NCBI GenBank assembly: GCA_963702005.1
Contig: OY969696.1
Coordinates: forward strand, 1,376,001 to 1,440,000
Length of the DNA: 64,000 nt
Reading direction: 5' to 3'
Source of the DNA: Candidatus Aminicenantes bacterium
GTDB lineage: Bacteria; Acidobacteriota; Aminicenantia; Aminicenantales; JAFGBC01
Shown: in pieces, positions 1 to 10,838 of the stretch
Position numbering within the stretch: position 1 is the first letter of the stretch
Layout: the number at the start of each line of letters is the position of its first letter
Translations under genes and position numbers: made by a program
The notes under the pieces: model-generated
Databases searched by the model: none
The model's input: only the letters and a program-made list of their open reading frames with translations
Told to the model about the DNA's origin: nothing

Positions 1-2425
1 TGAACTCGCGGTTGCCGAAGTATTCGGCGCGGAGCCCCCCGGGCGCTCCCGAGGCCGGCCCGGACCGGAGCGCCGAGGACGGCACGACCGATAGAGCGGG
101 CAGGTTCTCGGCCCAATCGCTTCCCAGCGCGTAAAGGACTTCGGTTGCCGCACCTGCTTTTTCGCGAATCCCGCGGAGCGGCGTCACGGGATCGGAGGGC
201 GTTCCGTTATAGTTTCCGAGCAGGACTTCGACGTCGTCGGCGTTGGGGCCGATGACGGCGATCGTCTTGAGATCCTTCCGGAGCGGGAGCAGGTTTCCCT
301 CGTTCTTGAGGAGGACGATGGACTTGCGGGCGGCCTCGAGGGCCAGCTCCCGGTGGGGAGCGGAGTCGACGACGGACAGCGGGATCGAAGCGTAGGGGAC
401 GCGCTCGGCCGGGTCGAACATGCCGAGCTTGAACCGGGCCCGGAACAGGCGCTTGACCGCCGTGTCGATCTCCGCTTCGCCGATGAGGCCCTTCCGGACG
501 GCTTCGGGCAAGCTCCGGTAGACGTTCCCGCAGTTCAGGTCCGTCCCGGACTTCACGGCCAACGCGGCGGCCTCGGCGTCGGTGGCGACGATCTTATGGG
601 TCAGATAGATGTCGCTTATGGCGTTGCAGTCGGAGACGACGTAGCCCTCAAAGCCCCATTCCTTGCGGAGGATGTCGGTGAGGAGCGGGGCGCTCCCGCA
701 ACAGGCCTTGCCCAGAGTCCGGTTGTAGGCGCACATGACGGAGAAGGCGCGGCCCTCGCGGACGGCCATCTCGAAATGGGGGAGGTAGGTCATCCGCAGG
801 TCGCTGGCATCCACAACGGCGTCGAAGGTATGCCGGTCCGGCTCGGGGCCGCTGTGGACCGCGAAGTGCTTCGGAGTCGCCACGAGCTTGAGGTAACGGG
901 GATCGTTGCCCTGGAGACCCTTGATGAACTCGACGGCCAGCGTCCCGGTCAGGTAGGGGTCTTCGCCGTACGTCTCCATGCCGCGGCCCCAGCGGGGATC
1001 GCGGAAGAGGTTGATGTTGGGCGACCAGAAGGTCAATCCCTGATAGATGCCGCGCTTCCCGCGTCGAACGTAGTCGTGATGCTTGGCCCGCGCTTCGTCC
1101 GAGATCGCCGTCGCGACCCGATAGAGCAGGTTGGAGTCCCAGGTCGCGGCCAAGCCGATCGCCTGAGGGAAGACGGTCGCCCGGCCCGAACGGGCGACGC
1201 CGTGGAGGCACTCGTTCCACCAGTTGTAGGCGGGCACGGCCAGCCGGTCGACGGCCGGCGCGTCGTGGACCATCTGGGACGTTTTTTCCTCGAGCGTCAT
1301 CCGCGAGACGAGGTCGTCGACGCGGCGTTCGATGGGCAGGGCGGGATCGAGGTAGGGTGTCTTTTCCTCCCGGCAGCGGCGGCAGAGCAGGACCCGGTCC
1401 CCGAAGACCTGGCCGATCAGGAATCCGCCCGGGAAGGGCGCCGCGACGCTCGAACCCGAGATCTCCCTTCCGTCGTCGAGATAGACTTCTTCAACCGTGG
1501 ACTCTTTGGGGCCGCGCGCAGCGATCCTCAAGACCTGGGAAGGGGAGGGGACGGCCGGGTCGGCGGCGTGCTTGACGAACTTCAGCATTTTGGGATGGGC
1601 GGCGATCCAGAGGCTTCCCGAAGCGTCGAGTTCGATGTTGTCGGGAGCGGATCCGATTTTAACCCTGAACGAGCGGGTCAAGCCTCCGGTCGCGGCATCG
1701 CGCTTGAAAACACGGATGGACCTGTCGGATGAACCGGCCACATAGACCGTCGCGCCGTCCGGGCTCATGGCGATCCCGTTGGCGTATCCGATCCCCTTGG
1801 CGGCGATAGTCATCCCGCGTCCGTCGAAGTAAAGGACAAAGGCCTTATCAAGGAACAGATAGTTCTCGAGCATCTGTCCGCGCGGCGTGCGGCTCCCATG
1901 GTCATTGGTGACATAGAAGCTCCGCGGCCCCACCGCCAGGACATCGTTGGGGCTGAACATGAGGGGATGGGAGATGGACTCGCGATGGAGAAGTGCGTCG
2001 CCCGCCACTTCGAAGATCTCGACGAAGGGACCCTCGGCGCGGTGGTTGACGGCGAAGAGGAGGGTCCGGCCGTCGGCGTCGATAAACAGGCTGATTCCGT
2101 GGGGGTGGAAATCCTGAGGTTCGGTCAGAGTCAATGGACGGAGCTCGGGGACTTCGGCCTTGGGGTCGAAGACGAATACCCGGCCCTTGACGTCCCGTCC
2201 GGCCGCGCGCGCCCGCCGATCGTCGCTTGAGACATAAGCGAGGCCGGTTTTGGGATGGATCGTGATGTCCTCGGGGCCCGGCATTCCCCCGATGACCAGG
2301 CGTTCGCAGCCGGTGTGGGGCTTGATCGTCTTGAAGGCCCCGGCCAAGTGAAGCGTCCGAACGGCCATGATTCCGATAAGGATAAGGATGACGGCCAAAA
2401 CGACGAGGATACGCTTGAGGATCAT
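1..2425 (-). CDS. Fusion: N-terminal membrane anchor + paraoxonase/arylesterase-like six-bladed beta-propeller + GH3 beta-xylosidase/glucosidase + PA14 start (runs off left edge)
   Basis: Manual translation from ATG 2425 (GGAGGG RBS). MILKRILVVLAVILILIG, then PON motifs GPEDI, FHPHGI, VNH, PNDV, TNDH, ANGI, PDNI. In the same frame: PYLDPALPIERRVDDLVSRMTLEEK, WWNECLHGV, FPQAIGLAATWD, KHFAVHSGPE, YVVSDC (nucleophile), GLRAEYFGN. Absent from the ORF track, consistent with its stop lying outside the window. Confidence 0.9.
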   Translation of the reverse strand, partial: MILKRILVVLAVILILIGIMAVRTLHLAGAFKTIKPHTGCERLVIGGMPGPEDITIHPKTGLAYVSSDDRRARAAGRDVKGRVFVFDPKAEVPELRPLTLTEPQDFHPHGISLFIDADGRTLLFAVNHRAEGPFVEIFEVAGDALLHRESISHPLMFSPNDVLAVGPRSFYVTNDHGSRTPRGQMLENYLFLDKAFVLYFDGRGMTIAAKGIGYANGIAMSPDGATVYVAGSSDRSIRVFKRDAATGGLTRSFRVKIGSAPDNIELDASGSLWIAAHPKMLKFVKHAADPAVPSPSQVLRIAARGPKESTVEEVYLDDGREISGSSVAAPFPGGFLIGQVFGDRVLLCRRCREEKTPYLDPALPIERRVDDLVSRMTLEEKTSQMVHDAPAVDRLAVPAYNWWNECLHGVARSGRATVFPQAIGLAATWDSNLLYRVATAISDEARAKHHDYVRRGKRGIYQGLTFWSPNINLFRDPRWGRGMETYGEDPYLTGTLAVEFIKGLQGNDPRYLKLVATPKHFAVHSGPEPDRHTFDAVVDASDLRMTYLPHFEMAVREGRAFSVMCAYNRTLGKACCGSAPLLTDILRKEWGFEGYVVSDCNAISDIYLTHKIVATDAEAAALAVKSGTDLNCGNVYRSLPEAVRKGLIGEAEIDTAVKRLFRARFKLGMFDPAERVPYASIPLSVVDSAPHRELALEAARKSIVLLKNEGNLLPLRKDLKTIAVIGPNADDVEVLLGNYNGTPSDPVTPLRGIREKAGAATEVLYALGSDWAENLPALSVVPSSALRSGPASGAPGGLRAEYFGNREF

Positions 2426-2599
2426 GACATCCCTCCCCTCCGTACTATATCAAATTCGTCCGTCCTAGTCCTCAGCAACGGAAATCAGGCCCATCCTTTT
2501 TTGTACCCATTGGCCCTCAAGGCGCTCGACGCCCTCGAGCCGGAATTGAAATAGCGCGCCGCGACACGATTAATGTCGATCGGGGGTGGGGGATAAAGT

Positions 2600-4614
2600 C
2601 TATTCGGGATCCCGGACTTCAGGGACGGCCGCGTTCGCGCCGATGACCGTCTTTTGGGCGCTGTCCTCGGCGACCTCGCGAGATTTGTCGTAAAGGAAGG
2701 CCGACAGGAGGTAGTATTCCGCCGCTTCGGTATAACCGCCGCGCTCGCCGGCGGCGTCGGCTTGGGTCTCTCCCTCGCGGGCCCTATCGTAGAGCCAGGA
2801 CGCCGTTTCCCGGGCCTTGAACATATCGGCGCCCAACCGGAGCCCTAAGACGAAGCTCCTGAGGTGGGAGATGCCTTGAGCGTCGTCGCTCGCCCGCAGG
2901 CTCATTTCAAAGACGCTCTTAAGAAGGGAGTAGAGAGTCCGGGCGCCCGAAAAATCGTTCTTCTGGTAGGCATCGGCGGCGTCCTTCTCCTTCTCGACGG
3001 CGAGCCAATAGAGGAGGCCGCCTTCCTTGGCCACTCCCCCGGCTTCGGACTTTTTCCGGGCGGCTTCCATCTCGGTCCGCGCTTGGTCGGCTTTCTCACG
3101 GTCGCTGACGAGGGACATGAGCTTGCGCAGTTGCGATTCGCCTTTGCCGGCGATTTTCCGGGATTCGGCGGCCTTTCCTTCCTGGTGAAGCTTCTTGGCT
3201 TCCTCGATCTTGGAGTTGGCCTGTCCCCAAAGTTCCAGAAAGGGGCCCTCCGCGGGGAGCTGGACTTTGACGTCCCCCATGGCCTTCTCCAATTCCTGGA
3301 TGTCCTGGGGGGAGAGCTTTTTCACGCCCTCCTTCAGCAAGGGGGATAGGGTGTCGAATACTCTTGAAGCGGTCGCGTCCCTGTTCGGCGAAGGCTTCGC
3401 GCCTTCGGGAAATCTCATGACCGCGCGTCCGGCTTCATCCTGCGGACCGCTCCGCTGGATATAAATCCCCGCCGGCGCGGGGGGAGAGTTTTGGGCTTGA
3501 CGCGCGATTTCAAGATGAGCCAACCGCAGGCGGCCAAGAGAAGGATCAGGGCGGGGTAGGCGATCTTTCGCAACTTGAGTTTGACCGTGATCTCCTCGGG
3601 AAGCACGCTCGTGCGGGGCGTCTGGCCCGCGGCCCTGGTCAGGCCGCGAGCGGGGGTCAGCCCCTGGCCGACTTTGTCGAAGTCGGCCAGCATGGCCTCG
3701 GCCGTCGGATAGCGGTTGAGCCGGGACTTCTCCAGGCACTTGAGGATGAGGCGGGCTATCCCGTCCGAAAGGGCCGGGTTGAGATCCCCGGGGTTGGGCG
3801 GACGTTCGTTCCGCTGTTTGATGGCGACGCTCAGGGCCGTCTCGCCCTCGAAGGGGACGCGGCCGGTCACCATCTCGAACAGGATGACGCCCAGGGAGTA
3901 GATGTCGGTGCGGGCGTCGACGTCCTTGGCCTCGACCTGCTCGGGCGACATGTACTCGGGAGTGCCGATGACGACGCCGGTTCCGGTCAGGCCGCGCGTC
4001 CGCTTGGAGAGGGCGATCCCGAAATCCATGATCCGGACGTTCCCCTCCCGGTCAATCATGATATTCTGGGGCTTGAGGTCCCGGTGGACGACGCCGACCC
4101 GGTGGGCCTCGGCCAGCCCCTCCGCGATCTGGCGGCCGATGGCGACGGCCTTGGCCTCGGTCAGGTGGCCCGAGCGGCGGACGAAGCTCTTGAGGTCCTC
4201 GCCGCCGACGAACTCCATGGTGATGAAGGTCGAGAACCCTTCCTCGCCGAGGTCGTACATCCGGCAGACGTGGCGGTGGGAGATCTGGCGGGCCAGCTTG
4301 ATTTCATTCCGAAAACGCTCGATGGTCTCCGAGTCGGAGGCGATCTCGGGCTTGAGGAGTTTGAGGGCGATTTTTTCCTTGATCCGTGTGTCGTAGACTT
4401 TATAAACGCGGCCCATCCCGCCTTTGCCGAGTTCCTCGATAACCTCATAGCGGTCCGCGAAGGTCGACCCCCGCCCGAGCACGGGATCGGGCGTCGCCTG
4501 GATGGTCCGGGTGTAGTCGTCGCCGGCGTCGGTGGCGCTTAGCAGGGGGCGGCCGCACTGGCCGCAATATCGCGTATTGTCGGGGTTGTCATGTTCGCAA
4601 TAAGGGCACCTCAT
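2600..4614 (-). CDS. Hanks-type Ser/Thr protein kinase (zinc ribbon, kinase, TM helix, helical extracytoplasmic domain), split by a 1-nt frameshift at the G6 run 3479-3484
   Basis: CPYC..CGQC, LGKGGMG, HRDLKPQN, DFG, GTPEYMSPE, TM helix IAYPALILLLAACGWLIL. One extra C in the minus-strand C6 run joins ORF 3415..4668 to ORF 2600..3739 (KTLPP-APAGIYIQ). Confidence 0.85.
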
Positions 4615-4730
4615 ACCTTTATCCCTTCCCCGCTCCCTGAGAATAACAACTTCGCAACCGAGAGTCAATCTCAGAGCCGGGTCGTTCTCGTCATCATATA
4701 TATATACGAGGGGAGGGCGCGAAAAGATGC

Positions 4731-6092
<1,362 letters not shown>

Positions 6093-6241
6093 TCAAAAAG
6101 GAATGACCGCGTGAGACTCCCGTCTTCCTCGGGCAGGCTCAGCCGATGAGGCTCGAGGATGCCGCCAAGAAAGATGAGCTCCGCCAGAAGTTCGAACAAG
6201 CGAAGTCTGAATCTCCGTCGCGATCATGACACTCTCTTTCT

Positions 6242-7738
6242 TCAACGGGAGAGATAAGCGTCGATCTGGGAGGCTGCGATCCGGGCGTCTCCCATAGCCA
6301 AGATGACCGTCGCCCCGCCCCGGATGATATCGCCGCCGGCATAGACGCCGGGGAGGTTGGTCGCCATCGTTGTCCAGTCGACTTCGACGTTTCCCCACTT
6401 GCCCATCTTGAGGCCCGGCGTCGTCTGGGGGATCAGGGGGTTCGGGCTCTGCCCGATGGCGCAGACGACCAAGTCCACCTCCATCGTGTATTCCGAGCCT
6501 TCGATCGGCACCGGCCGGCGCCGTCCCGATGCGTCCGGTTCGCCCAGCCCCATCTTTTGACATTCCATGGCCCGGACGCGGCCGAATTCATCGCCGAAGT
6601 AGCGGAGCGGGGTGGTCAACAGCTGGAATTCGATCCCCTCTTCCTCGGCATGGTGGATCTCCTCGTTCCTGGCCGGCATCTCCGTCCTCGAACGGCGGTA
6701 GACGATGACGGCCCGTTCGGCGCCCAGCCGCTTGGCCGTCCTCACGGAATCCATGGCGACGTTGCCTCCCCCGATGACGGCGGCCGTCCTGGCCTTGAAG
6801 ATGGGCGTGTCGTAGATCGGGAACTCGTAGGCGCGCATGAGGTTGGACCGGGTCAGGTATTCGTTGGCCGAATAGACGCCGATGAGGTTCTCGCCGGGGA
6901 TCTTCATGAAATTGGGGAGCCCGGCCCCCGAGCCGATGAAGAAGGCCTCGTAGCCCTCGGCCTTCAGGTCGTCGATCGTAGCCGTCATGCCCACGACGAA
7001 GCTCGTTCGGATTTCGACGCCGAGCCGCCGGAGGTAGTCGACTTCGGCCTTCAGGATGGCCTTGGGGAGCCGGAATTCGGGGATACCGTAGATGAGCACG
7101 CCGCCCGCTTCGTGGAGGGCCTCGAAGACGGTGACCCGGTGGCCGCGCTTGGCCAGATCACCGGCCACGGTCAGCCCGGCCGGGCCGGCGCCGATGACGG
7201 CCACCTTATTTCCGGTCGGGGCGGCGAGGGGCGGGATGTTCACCGTTCCGCTCGATCGCTCAGCGTCGGCCACGAATCGCTCCAAGTTCCCGATCGCCAC
7301 TGGGACGCCGGCGGCTTTCTTCATCGTGCAGACTTCCTCGCACTGGGTCTCTTGGGGGCAGACACGGCCGCAGATGGCCGGGAGCGAATTCGTTTCCTTG
7401 ATCTTCCAAGCGGCGGCCAGGAATTCGCCTTTTTCGATGAGCTTGACGAAGCTGGGGATGTCGATGGACACCGGGCAGCCCGTGACGCACTGGGGATTGG
7501 CGCAGTCGAGGCAGCGGCGGGCTTCGGCCTGGGCCATCTCGAGCGCCAAGCCGCGGTTGACCTCCTTGAAATCACGGTTCCGTTCCGAGGGATCGCGCTC
7601 CGGCATTTTCTGGCGGGGAAGCTTCATCCGTTCTTTGACGGGAATAGCCTTGCGCAGCTCCTTGCGCCAATCCTTGTCGAACTCCGCCTTGAGCCGTTCC
7701 CTCATCTCGGAGGTCAGTTCCTTTTTCTCCTCTGTCAT
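6242..7738 (-). CDS. nfnB: NfnB/SudA-like GltD-family FAD/Fe-S large subunit (NADPH-binding)
   Basis: RCLDC..C..GCP, CGRVCPQETQCE, GAGPAG, GGGNVAMD, YRRSRTEMPAR, GGATVILAMG; directly downstream of an nfnA-like gene. Confidence 0.9.
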   Translation of the reverse strand: MTEEKKELTSEMRERLKAEFDKDWRKELRKAIPVKERMKLPRQKMPERDPSERNRDFKEVNRGLALEMAQAEARRCLDCANPQCVTGCPVSIDIPSFVKLIEKGEFLAAAWKIKETNSLPAICGRVCPQETQCEEVCTMKKAAGVPVAIGNLERFVADAERSSGTVNIPPLAAPTGNKVAVIGAGPAGLTVAGDLAKRGHRVTVFEALHEAGGVLIYGIPEFRLPKAILKAEVDYLRRLGVEIRTSFVVGMTATIDDLKAEGYEAFFIGSGAGLPNFMKIPGENLIGVYSANEYLTRSNLMRAYEFPIYDTPIFKARTAAVIGGGNVAMDSVRTAKRLGAERAVIVYRRSRTEMPARNEEIHHAEEEGIEFQLLTTPLRYFGDEFGRVRAMECQKMGLGEPDASGRRRPVPIEGSEYTMEVDLVVCAIGQSPNPLIPQTTPGLKMGKWGNVEVDWTTMATNLPGVYAGGDIIRGGATVILAMGDARIAASQIDAYLSR

Positions 7739-7755
7739 GGCCTTGGTCCGATTTT

Positions 7756-8592
7756 CTATGGAAGCTCGGTCGCCTCCCAGTGGCAGAGCGACCGGATCTC
7801 GTCCTCGAAGTATGCTTTACGGCGCTTGAACAGTTCGTCCCAGTCGACTTGGTGGGCATCGAAATCCGGCCCGTCGACGCAGGCGAATTTCGTTTTGCCC
7901 GCGGCCGTGCAGCGGCAGGCCCCGCACATCCCCGTTCCGTCGACCATGATCGGATTCAGGCTGACGATCGTTTTGATGCCCCGAGGCTTCGTGGCCGTGG
8001 CGCAAGAGTACATAAGATAGGTGCAACCGACCGCGATGACGCGGTCGACCGGGGCCTCGGTCTCGAGGACATTTTCGAGGGGCTTGGGGATGAAGTCTTT
8101 GGATCCCTGGACGTGATCGCGCGAAGAGAGAATGACCTTGTCGCAAACCGACCGGTAGCGGTCTCTCCAGTAGAACAGGTAATCCGCTTTGGCGTCCAAG
8201 ACTGCGATGACCTTATTCCCGGCCCGTTTGAGTGCCCGTGCGGCGGGCCAGAGGGCGCCGATGCCGAAACATCCGGCGGCCAGAACGACCGTCCCGAATC
8301 GGTCGATTTCGGACGGCCGGCCCAGCGGCCCGACAAACACGGGTATTTCGTCGCCGGGGTTGAGGCCGGCGAGTTTCCTGGTCGATGTCCCGACGACCAG
8401 GAAAACGGCCGTGACCGAACCGCGGTCCGGATCCCAGTCGGCGATGGACAGAGGGATGCGCTCGCCCCGTTCGTCGGGCATGAGGATGACGAACTGGCCG
8501 GGCCGGCATTTCTTAGCGACCTCGGGAGCATGGACCTCGATGAGATGGAGGTTGGGGATAAGTCGTTGTCTGGCCAGGATTTTGGGCATCAT
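7756..8592 (-). CDS. nfnA: NfnA/SudB-like small subunit (FAD, [2Fe-2S])
   Basis: PGQFVIL, GERIPLSIAD, GPLGRP, MVDGTGMCGACRC..FACVDGPDF. Confidence 0.9.
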   Translation of the reverse strand: MMPKILARQRLIPNLHLIEVHAPEVAKKCRPGQFVILMPDERGERIPLSIADWDPDRGSVTAVFLVVGTSTRKLAGLNPGDEIPVFVGPLGRPSEIDRFGTVVLAAGCFGIGALWPAARALKRAGNKVIAVLDAKADYLFYWRDRYRSVCDKVILSSRDHVQGSKDFIPKPLENVLETEAPVDRVIAVGCTYLMYSCATATKPRGIKTIVSLNPIMVDGTGMCGACRCTAAGKTKFACVDGPDFDAHQVDWDELFKRRKAYFEDEIRSLCHWEATELP

Positions 8593-10838
8593 CGTCCTCG
8601 GATGAGCTTCAGGCTCTTGTGCTCTCGGGCCATATTCAGGCCTTTATAATCGTCCGGATCCCGGGGTATCGCCGGAGGGATCTCGGCGTCTCGGCCCGAA
8701 ATCGTTTTGTCGCCGCTAAGAACTTCGGTCCCCGCCGGTTCCTCAGCCAGGAACACGCCCTCCGGAGGAAAGGAATCCGAGGCCAGGTTCCGGAAGGCGG
8801 GGACGGACCGGGCGAGGTCCTTCCGGATGTTCTCGGCCGACGAGTAAACGGATTCTGTGCGGCCCATCTTCCCGGCCAGCTCGCTCAGGATGAGCCAGCC
8901 GGGCTTGGCTTCGCCCAAGGGGTCAAGGGCTTTTCCCGAGATCTGAATGCGGCCCTCGACATTGACGAAGGCCCCCTCCGCTTCGAACGAGGTCGTCTCC
9001 GGAAGGATGACGTCAGCGATCGAGGCGTTCTCATCCAGGTAACTGCCCTGGACAACGACGAACTCCGCCGCGCCCGGCTCCAATTTCGGAAACGGGCCTG
9101 CGAGGTAGAGGGCCCGAATCCTGTTTGCGCCGACGGCCCCGGCCAGATCTTCGGCCCTGACGAGTCTCCCTGGGAAAGCATCAGCGATCTCGAGACCGCC
9201 GCGGAGGTTGGCTTCTCCGTCTAAGGGAATGATCCGCCCTTGTGTCAGCACGGCCAGATTCCAGAGAGCGGCCGGCCCGCTCCGGCCGCCGGCCAACTCG
9301 AGAAACGCCGGGCCGAAGAGGATAAACACCGGCTTGCGCGTCTCTATCAGACGGGCGATCTCGATGAGCTTTCTATTTAGGTCGGGGGTTTTACGGCCGG
9401 TCCTGAATTTGACGATTCCTTCGGCCTTACCGCGGCCTTTCAGGACGACAGCGGCCAGGGCCGAGAAAAAGTCCGCCTCCCCTCCGGAAGGAATATCGAC
9501 CTGGATGGACGCCCCGCGGCTGTACCGCGCGCCTTCCAGGCTGACGCTCACCAGCGCCGCCCCGTTCCGGACGGCCCGATTGACCTCAAGCCCCACGATG
9601 GGCTGTATCACCGGGAGGTCCTCGCCGACGAGCAGGATCGTCTCCGCCCGGCCGATGTCGGACATCTCGAAATTCAGGGGAACCGGCCGTCCCGCGGCCC
9701 GACCGAGCTTGCGCAGCTCCCCGGCCGCCGAGCCGGCCCAGGGGCCCGTGATCGAACCGGTTTTCAGGACATCGAAGGCGAATCGGTGCAGAGCGAAAAG
9801 ATCCTCGCACGAGGTCTGGGCGGACGCCGCCACGGCGATCTGTCCCGCGGCGAAGCGGCCCAGCCGCCCCGCGACAGCGTCCAATGTCTCCTCCCAGGAG
9901 GCCGGCTGGAGGCTGCCGTCCTTGCGGATCATCGGCCGGGCCAGCCGGCGCGGATGGTGGACGGCGCCCTTGACCAGGAACCGGCCCTTGACGCAAGCCT
10001 GGCCGCGGTTCACGAGGCCGTCCGGGTCGGGGTTCGCGCCCAGGATCCGGCCGTCCCGGACTCCGACCTGCAGTCGACAGCCCTGTGCGCAGAACGGACA
10101 GAGGACGCGCAGTTCCAGGTCGGGCAGGCGCTCGTAGCGAATGCCGCGTTCCGTAAGCGCGCCGGTCGGGCAGACATCGACGCAGGCGCCGCAGAACCGG
10201 CACCCCGAGTCGACCAGCCGCCGGTCCAGGGCCGTGCCGATGATGGTTTGGGATCCCCGGAAGACGAATGTCAGCACGGAGGCCCCTCTGACCTCGTGAC
10301 AGACCCGGACGCAACGCCCGCAAAGAATGCAGAGGTTGTTGTCCCGGTCGATGAAGGGATCGTCCCGGCGGACGTCTCCTTCCCGTCGTCCGGAGGGGAA
10401 ACGGACCTGATCGACGCCGACGGCCTCGACGACCTTCTGCAGCTCGCAGCGCCCGTTGGCCGGGCAGAGCACGCATCCGGTGACTTCGTCTGTTTTCCGG
10501 ATCGTGGACTTGTATTCGTCGCAGGACGTCTTCTCGGCGCAGATCAGGCAAGCGTTGGGATGCTCGGTCAGGATGAGCTCGAGGATGCCCCGCCGTAGGG
10601 CCGCGATCTCCGGAGTCGCGGTCTGGACTTCCAAACCCTCCTCGGCGGCCGTGCTGCAGGCCGGGACATAGCCCCTGCGGCCCTTTATTTCGACCAGGCA
10701 GAGTCTGCAGGCGGCGTAGGGTTCGAGGGCCTGATGGTCACAGAGCGATGGGATGTAAATCCCATTGGCCTTGGCAACCTCGAGGATCGTGGGACGCCCC
10801 TCGAAAGCGATCGTCCGGCCGTCAAGGCTGATGGTCAT
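8589..10838 (-). CDS. NuoG/FdhA-like multi-Fe-S subunit with degenerate molybdopterin-fold domain (no catalytic Cys/Sec, no H-cluster motifs)
   Basis: [2Fe-2S] C..CRLC..AC; HxxxCxxCxxxxxC; CILCGRCVRVC; CRFCGACVDVCP; CPFCAQGC..CVKG; C-terminal ADVILP..EAEGAFVNVEGRIQ. Confidence 0.85.
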   Translation of the reverse strand: MTISLDGRTIAFEGRPTILEVAKANGIYIPSLCDHQALEPYAACRLCLVEIKGRRGYVPACSTAAEEGLEVQTATPEIAALRRGILELILTEHPNACLICAEKTSCDEYKSTIRKTDEVTGCVLCPANGRCELQKVVEAVGVDQVRFPSGRREGDVRRDDPFIDRDNNLCILCGRCVRVCHEVRGASVLTFVFRGSQTIIGTALDRRLVDSGCRFCGACVDVCPTGALTERGIRYERLPDLELRVLCPFCAQGCRLQVGVRDGRILGANPDPDGLVNRGQACVKGRFLVKGAVHHPRRLARPMIRKDGSLQPASWEETLDAVAGRLGRFAAGQIAVAASAQTSCEDLFALHRFAFDVLKTGSITGPWAGSAAGELRKLGRAAGRPVPLNFEMSDIGRAETILLVGEDLPVIQPIVGLEVNRAVRNGAALVSVSLEGARYSRGASIQVDIPSGGEADFFSALAAVVLKGRGKAEGIVKFRTGRKTPDLNRKLIEIARLIETRKPVFILFGPAFLELAGGRSGPAALWNLAVLTQGRIIPLDGEANLRGGLEIADAFPGRLVRAEDLAGAVGANRIRALYLAGPFPKLEPGAAEFVVVQGSYLDENASIADVILPETTSFEAEGAFVNVEGRIQISGKALDPLGEAKPGWLILSELAGKMGRTESVYSSAENIRKDLARSVPAFRNLASDSFPPEGVFLAEEPAGTEVLSGDKTISGRDAEIPPAIPRDPDDYKGLNMAREHKSLKLIRGR

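Noticed and set aside
353-1732. 459-aa plus-strand ORF and other long antisense ORFs (e.g. 34924-37008, 55911-57788, 59376-61604)
   Set aside because: Shadow frames of high-GC genes on the opposite strand; no recognisable motifs.
4696-4706. (AT)n run between the kinase and eno
   Set aside because: Too short to support a contingency-locus claim.
6093-6227. 44-aa ORF between nfnB and eno (MIATEIQ...)
   Set aside because: Weak RBS, no motif, atypical composition.
8589-10838. Formate dehydrogenase or [FeFe]-hydrogenase call
   Set aside because: No Cys/Sec-His Mo ligand motif and no H-cluster motifs.
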